From contig CALNCF010000328.1 of the NCBI GenBank assembly GCA_937875035.1, forward strand, positions 1-37,901: a stretch of DNA of 37,901 nucleotides. The letters are read 5' to 3'. This DNA is from an uncultured Sphingobacteriaceae bacterium (GTDB lineage Bacteria; Bacteroidota; Bacteroidia; Sphingobacteriales; Sphingobacteriaceae). Both the position numbers and the translations under genes were made by a program. Positions 36,540-37,901 of this stretch are shown piece after piece (position 1 is the stretch's first letter; each line of letters starts with the position of its first letter). The notes under the pieces are model-generated. The model was not told the origin of the DNA. It did no database searches and saw only the letters and a list, made by a program, of their open reading frames with translations.

Positions 36540-37592
36540 ATGCGAAATACCTTACTTTCTGTACTGTTCATTCTAACATCCGGCCTTACCGGAACGGCAT
36601 TCGCACAGAACGGGGGATTAACGGCGTACCGCTTCCTGGGTCTGCCCCCTTCGGCCCGGACCACCGCGCTTGGCGGGAACCTGATCCCGGTCATGGACGA
36701 TGACCTGAACAACGCAGTACAGAACCCGGCGCTGCTTAACCAAAGCATGCATAACCAGATCGTGGCCAATACGGCTAACTTCCTGTCGGATATCCGCTAT
36801 GGGTATGTAGCCTACGCACATCACATCAGGAACGCCGGAACCTTTTCGGCAGGCATTCAGCGTATTAATTACGGCGACTTTAACGAAACCAACGAAAACG
36901 GGGATGTGCTCGGCAGCTTTACGGCCCGTGAAAACATGTTCCATCTGTCGTACGCCAACCAATACCACCAGTTCTCTTACGGTACCAGCATGAAATATGT
37001 CGGAGGCTCGTACGAGAGCTATCATTCGGGCGCCCTGCTCTTCGATCTTGGCGGTACTTATTTCGACACAGTTTCGAATTTCACAGCATCCTTTGTATTG
37101 AAAAATATAGGCTGGCAGGTACAAAGCCTGTACGGGGAGAAAGAAGCCATGCCTTTCGAGGCCCAGTTCGGCCTTTCCAAAAGGCTGAAGCATGCTCCTT
37201 TCCGCTTCTCGCTGATCGCCCATAACCTCCAGAAGTTCGACCTGACCTATTACGACCCCAACGATCCTGACCAGGAAATAGACCTGGCAACAGGCTTACC
37301 GATCAGGAAGAAATACAATCTTGCCGATAAATTCGCGCGCCACCTCATCATCGGTACCGAGGTAATCTTCTCTAAAAACTTCCAGGTGCGGGTGGGCTAC
37401 GACCACCAGCGCAGAAAAGAGCTGGCATTGAAAAGCCGCGCTTCTACCGCCGGTTTTTCCTGGGGCTTCGGCTTAAAAATCAAGAAGGTGGGCTTTAGCT
37501 ACGGAAGCGCCCGTTATCACCTGGCCGGATCGACCAATATGTTCAGTATCAGCGTAAATCCGAACGATTTTCTGTCGCGCAAAAAATCCTGA
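36540..37592 (+). CDS. porQ: Type IX secretion system protein PorQ
   Basis: Signal peptide, then GGLTAYRFLGLPPSARTTALGGN. It looks like a beta-barrel and sits immediately upstream of cmk, as I recall is typical for porQ. Confidence 0.75.
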   Translation: MRNTLLSVLFILTSGLTGTAFAQNGGLTAYRFLGLPPSARTTALGGNLIPVMDDDLNNAVQNPALLNQSMHNQIVANTANFLSDIRYGYVAYAHHIRNAGTFSAGIQRINYGDFNETNENGDVLGSFTARENMFHLSYANQYHQFSYGTSMKYVGGSYESYHSGALLFDLGGTYFDTVSNFTASFVLKNIGWQVQSLYGEKEAMPFEAQFGLSKRLKHAPFRFSLIAHNLQKFDLTYYDPNDPDQEIDLATGLPIRKKYNLADKFARHLIIGTEVIFSKNFQVRVGYDHQRRKELALKSRASTAGFSWGFGLKIKKVGFSYGSARYHLAGSTNMFSISVNPNDFLSRKKS

Positions 37593-37626
37593 AACGCATC
37601 TTATTTTTAGTTACCTTTGGCCTCGT

Positions 37627-37901
37627 ATGCCTCAAACTATTCGCATAGCCATCGACGGGTATTCTTCCTGCGGAAAAAGTACGCTGGCCAAAGCTTTGGC
37701 AAAACGAATCGATTTCACCTATATCGATTCGGGAGCGATGTATCGTTGCGTTACCCTGTACATGCTGGAGCATGCTATCGACACCGATGATCATGCCGCC
37801 GTCAGCGAAGCGCTGGAGCATATCCACATCGATATGAAGAAAGGACGTTTCTTCCTGAACGACGCAGATGTATCTGAAGCGATCCGTAATATGGTTATTT
37901 C
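37627..37901 (+). CDS. cmk: (d)CMP kinase, N-terminal fragment (runs off the window)
   Basis: This ORF is not in the track because it has no stop. The ATG at 37627 gives MPQTIRIAIDGYSSCGKSTLAKALAKRIDFTYIDSGAMYR, which contains the P-loop and the Cmk signature. Confidence 0.85.
   Translation, partial: MPQTIRIAIDGYSSCGKSTLAKALAKRIDFTYIDSGAMYRCVTLYMLEHAIDTDDHAAVSEALEHIHIDMKKGRFFLNDADVSEAIRNMVI

Overview
This is a chromosomal segment that looks like Bacteroidota. The evidence is T9SS C-terminal sorting domains, porQ next to cmk, a DUF3822-rsmD-coaD operon, and a TAnnTTTG promoter motif. A mid-50s %GC backbone suggests Chitinophagaceae, but that is only an inference. The backbone carries housekeeping genes: the nrdA 3' end, lon, clpB, pyrE, coaD, rsmD, arfB, the cmk 5' end, a Na+/H+ antiporter and a RecD-like helicase. 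It also carries several secreted or outer-membrane proteins: an S8 peptidase, an M4 peptidase with PKD, GEVED and T9SS CTD domains, an M1 peptidase with DUF6702 and HupE neighbours, an OM beta-barrel protein and PorQ. Two sharply AT-rich insertions stand out. Island 1 (about 5.5-9.65 kb) holds a tightly coupled three-gene operon with no domains I can recognise: a TM plus coiled-coil protein, a 192-aa protein and a 260-aa helical protein. Next to it are two RadC-like JAB paralogs, one of them 5'-truncated, and a DUF3892 gene. Island 2 (about 15.3-17.55 kb) holds a 507-aa PIN-GNAT-PUA-like fusion followed 4 nt later by a stand-alone ASCH gene. Both islands are candidate undescribed conflict or defence modules. 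Three backbone genes look disrupted. The S8 peptidase is separated from its T9SS CTD by a frameshift, a metallophosphoesterase is frameshifted, and a NUDIX gene is frameshifted or internally deleted. I saw no rRNA, tRNA, CRISPR array, integrase or transposase.
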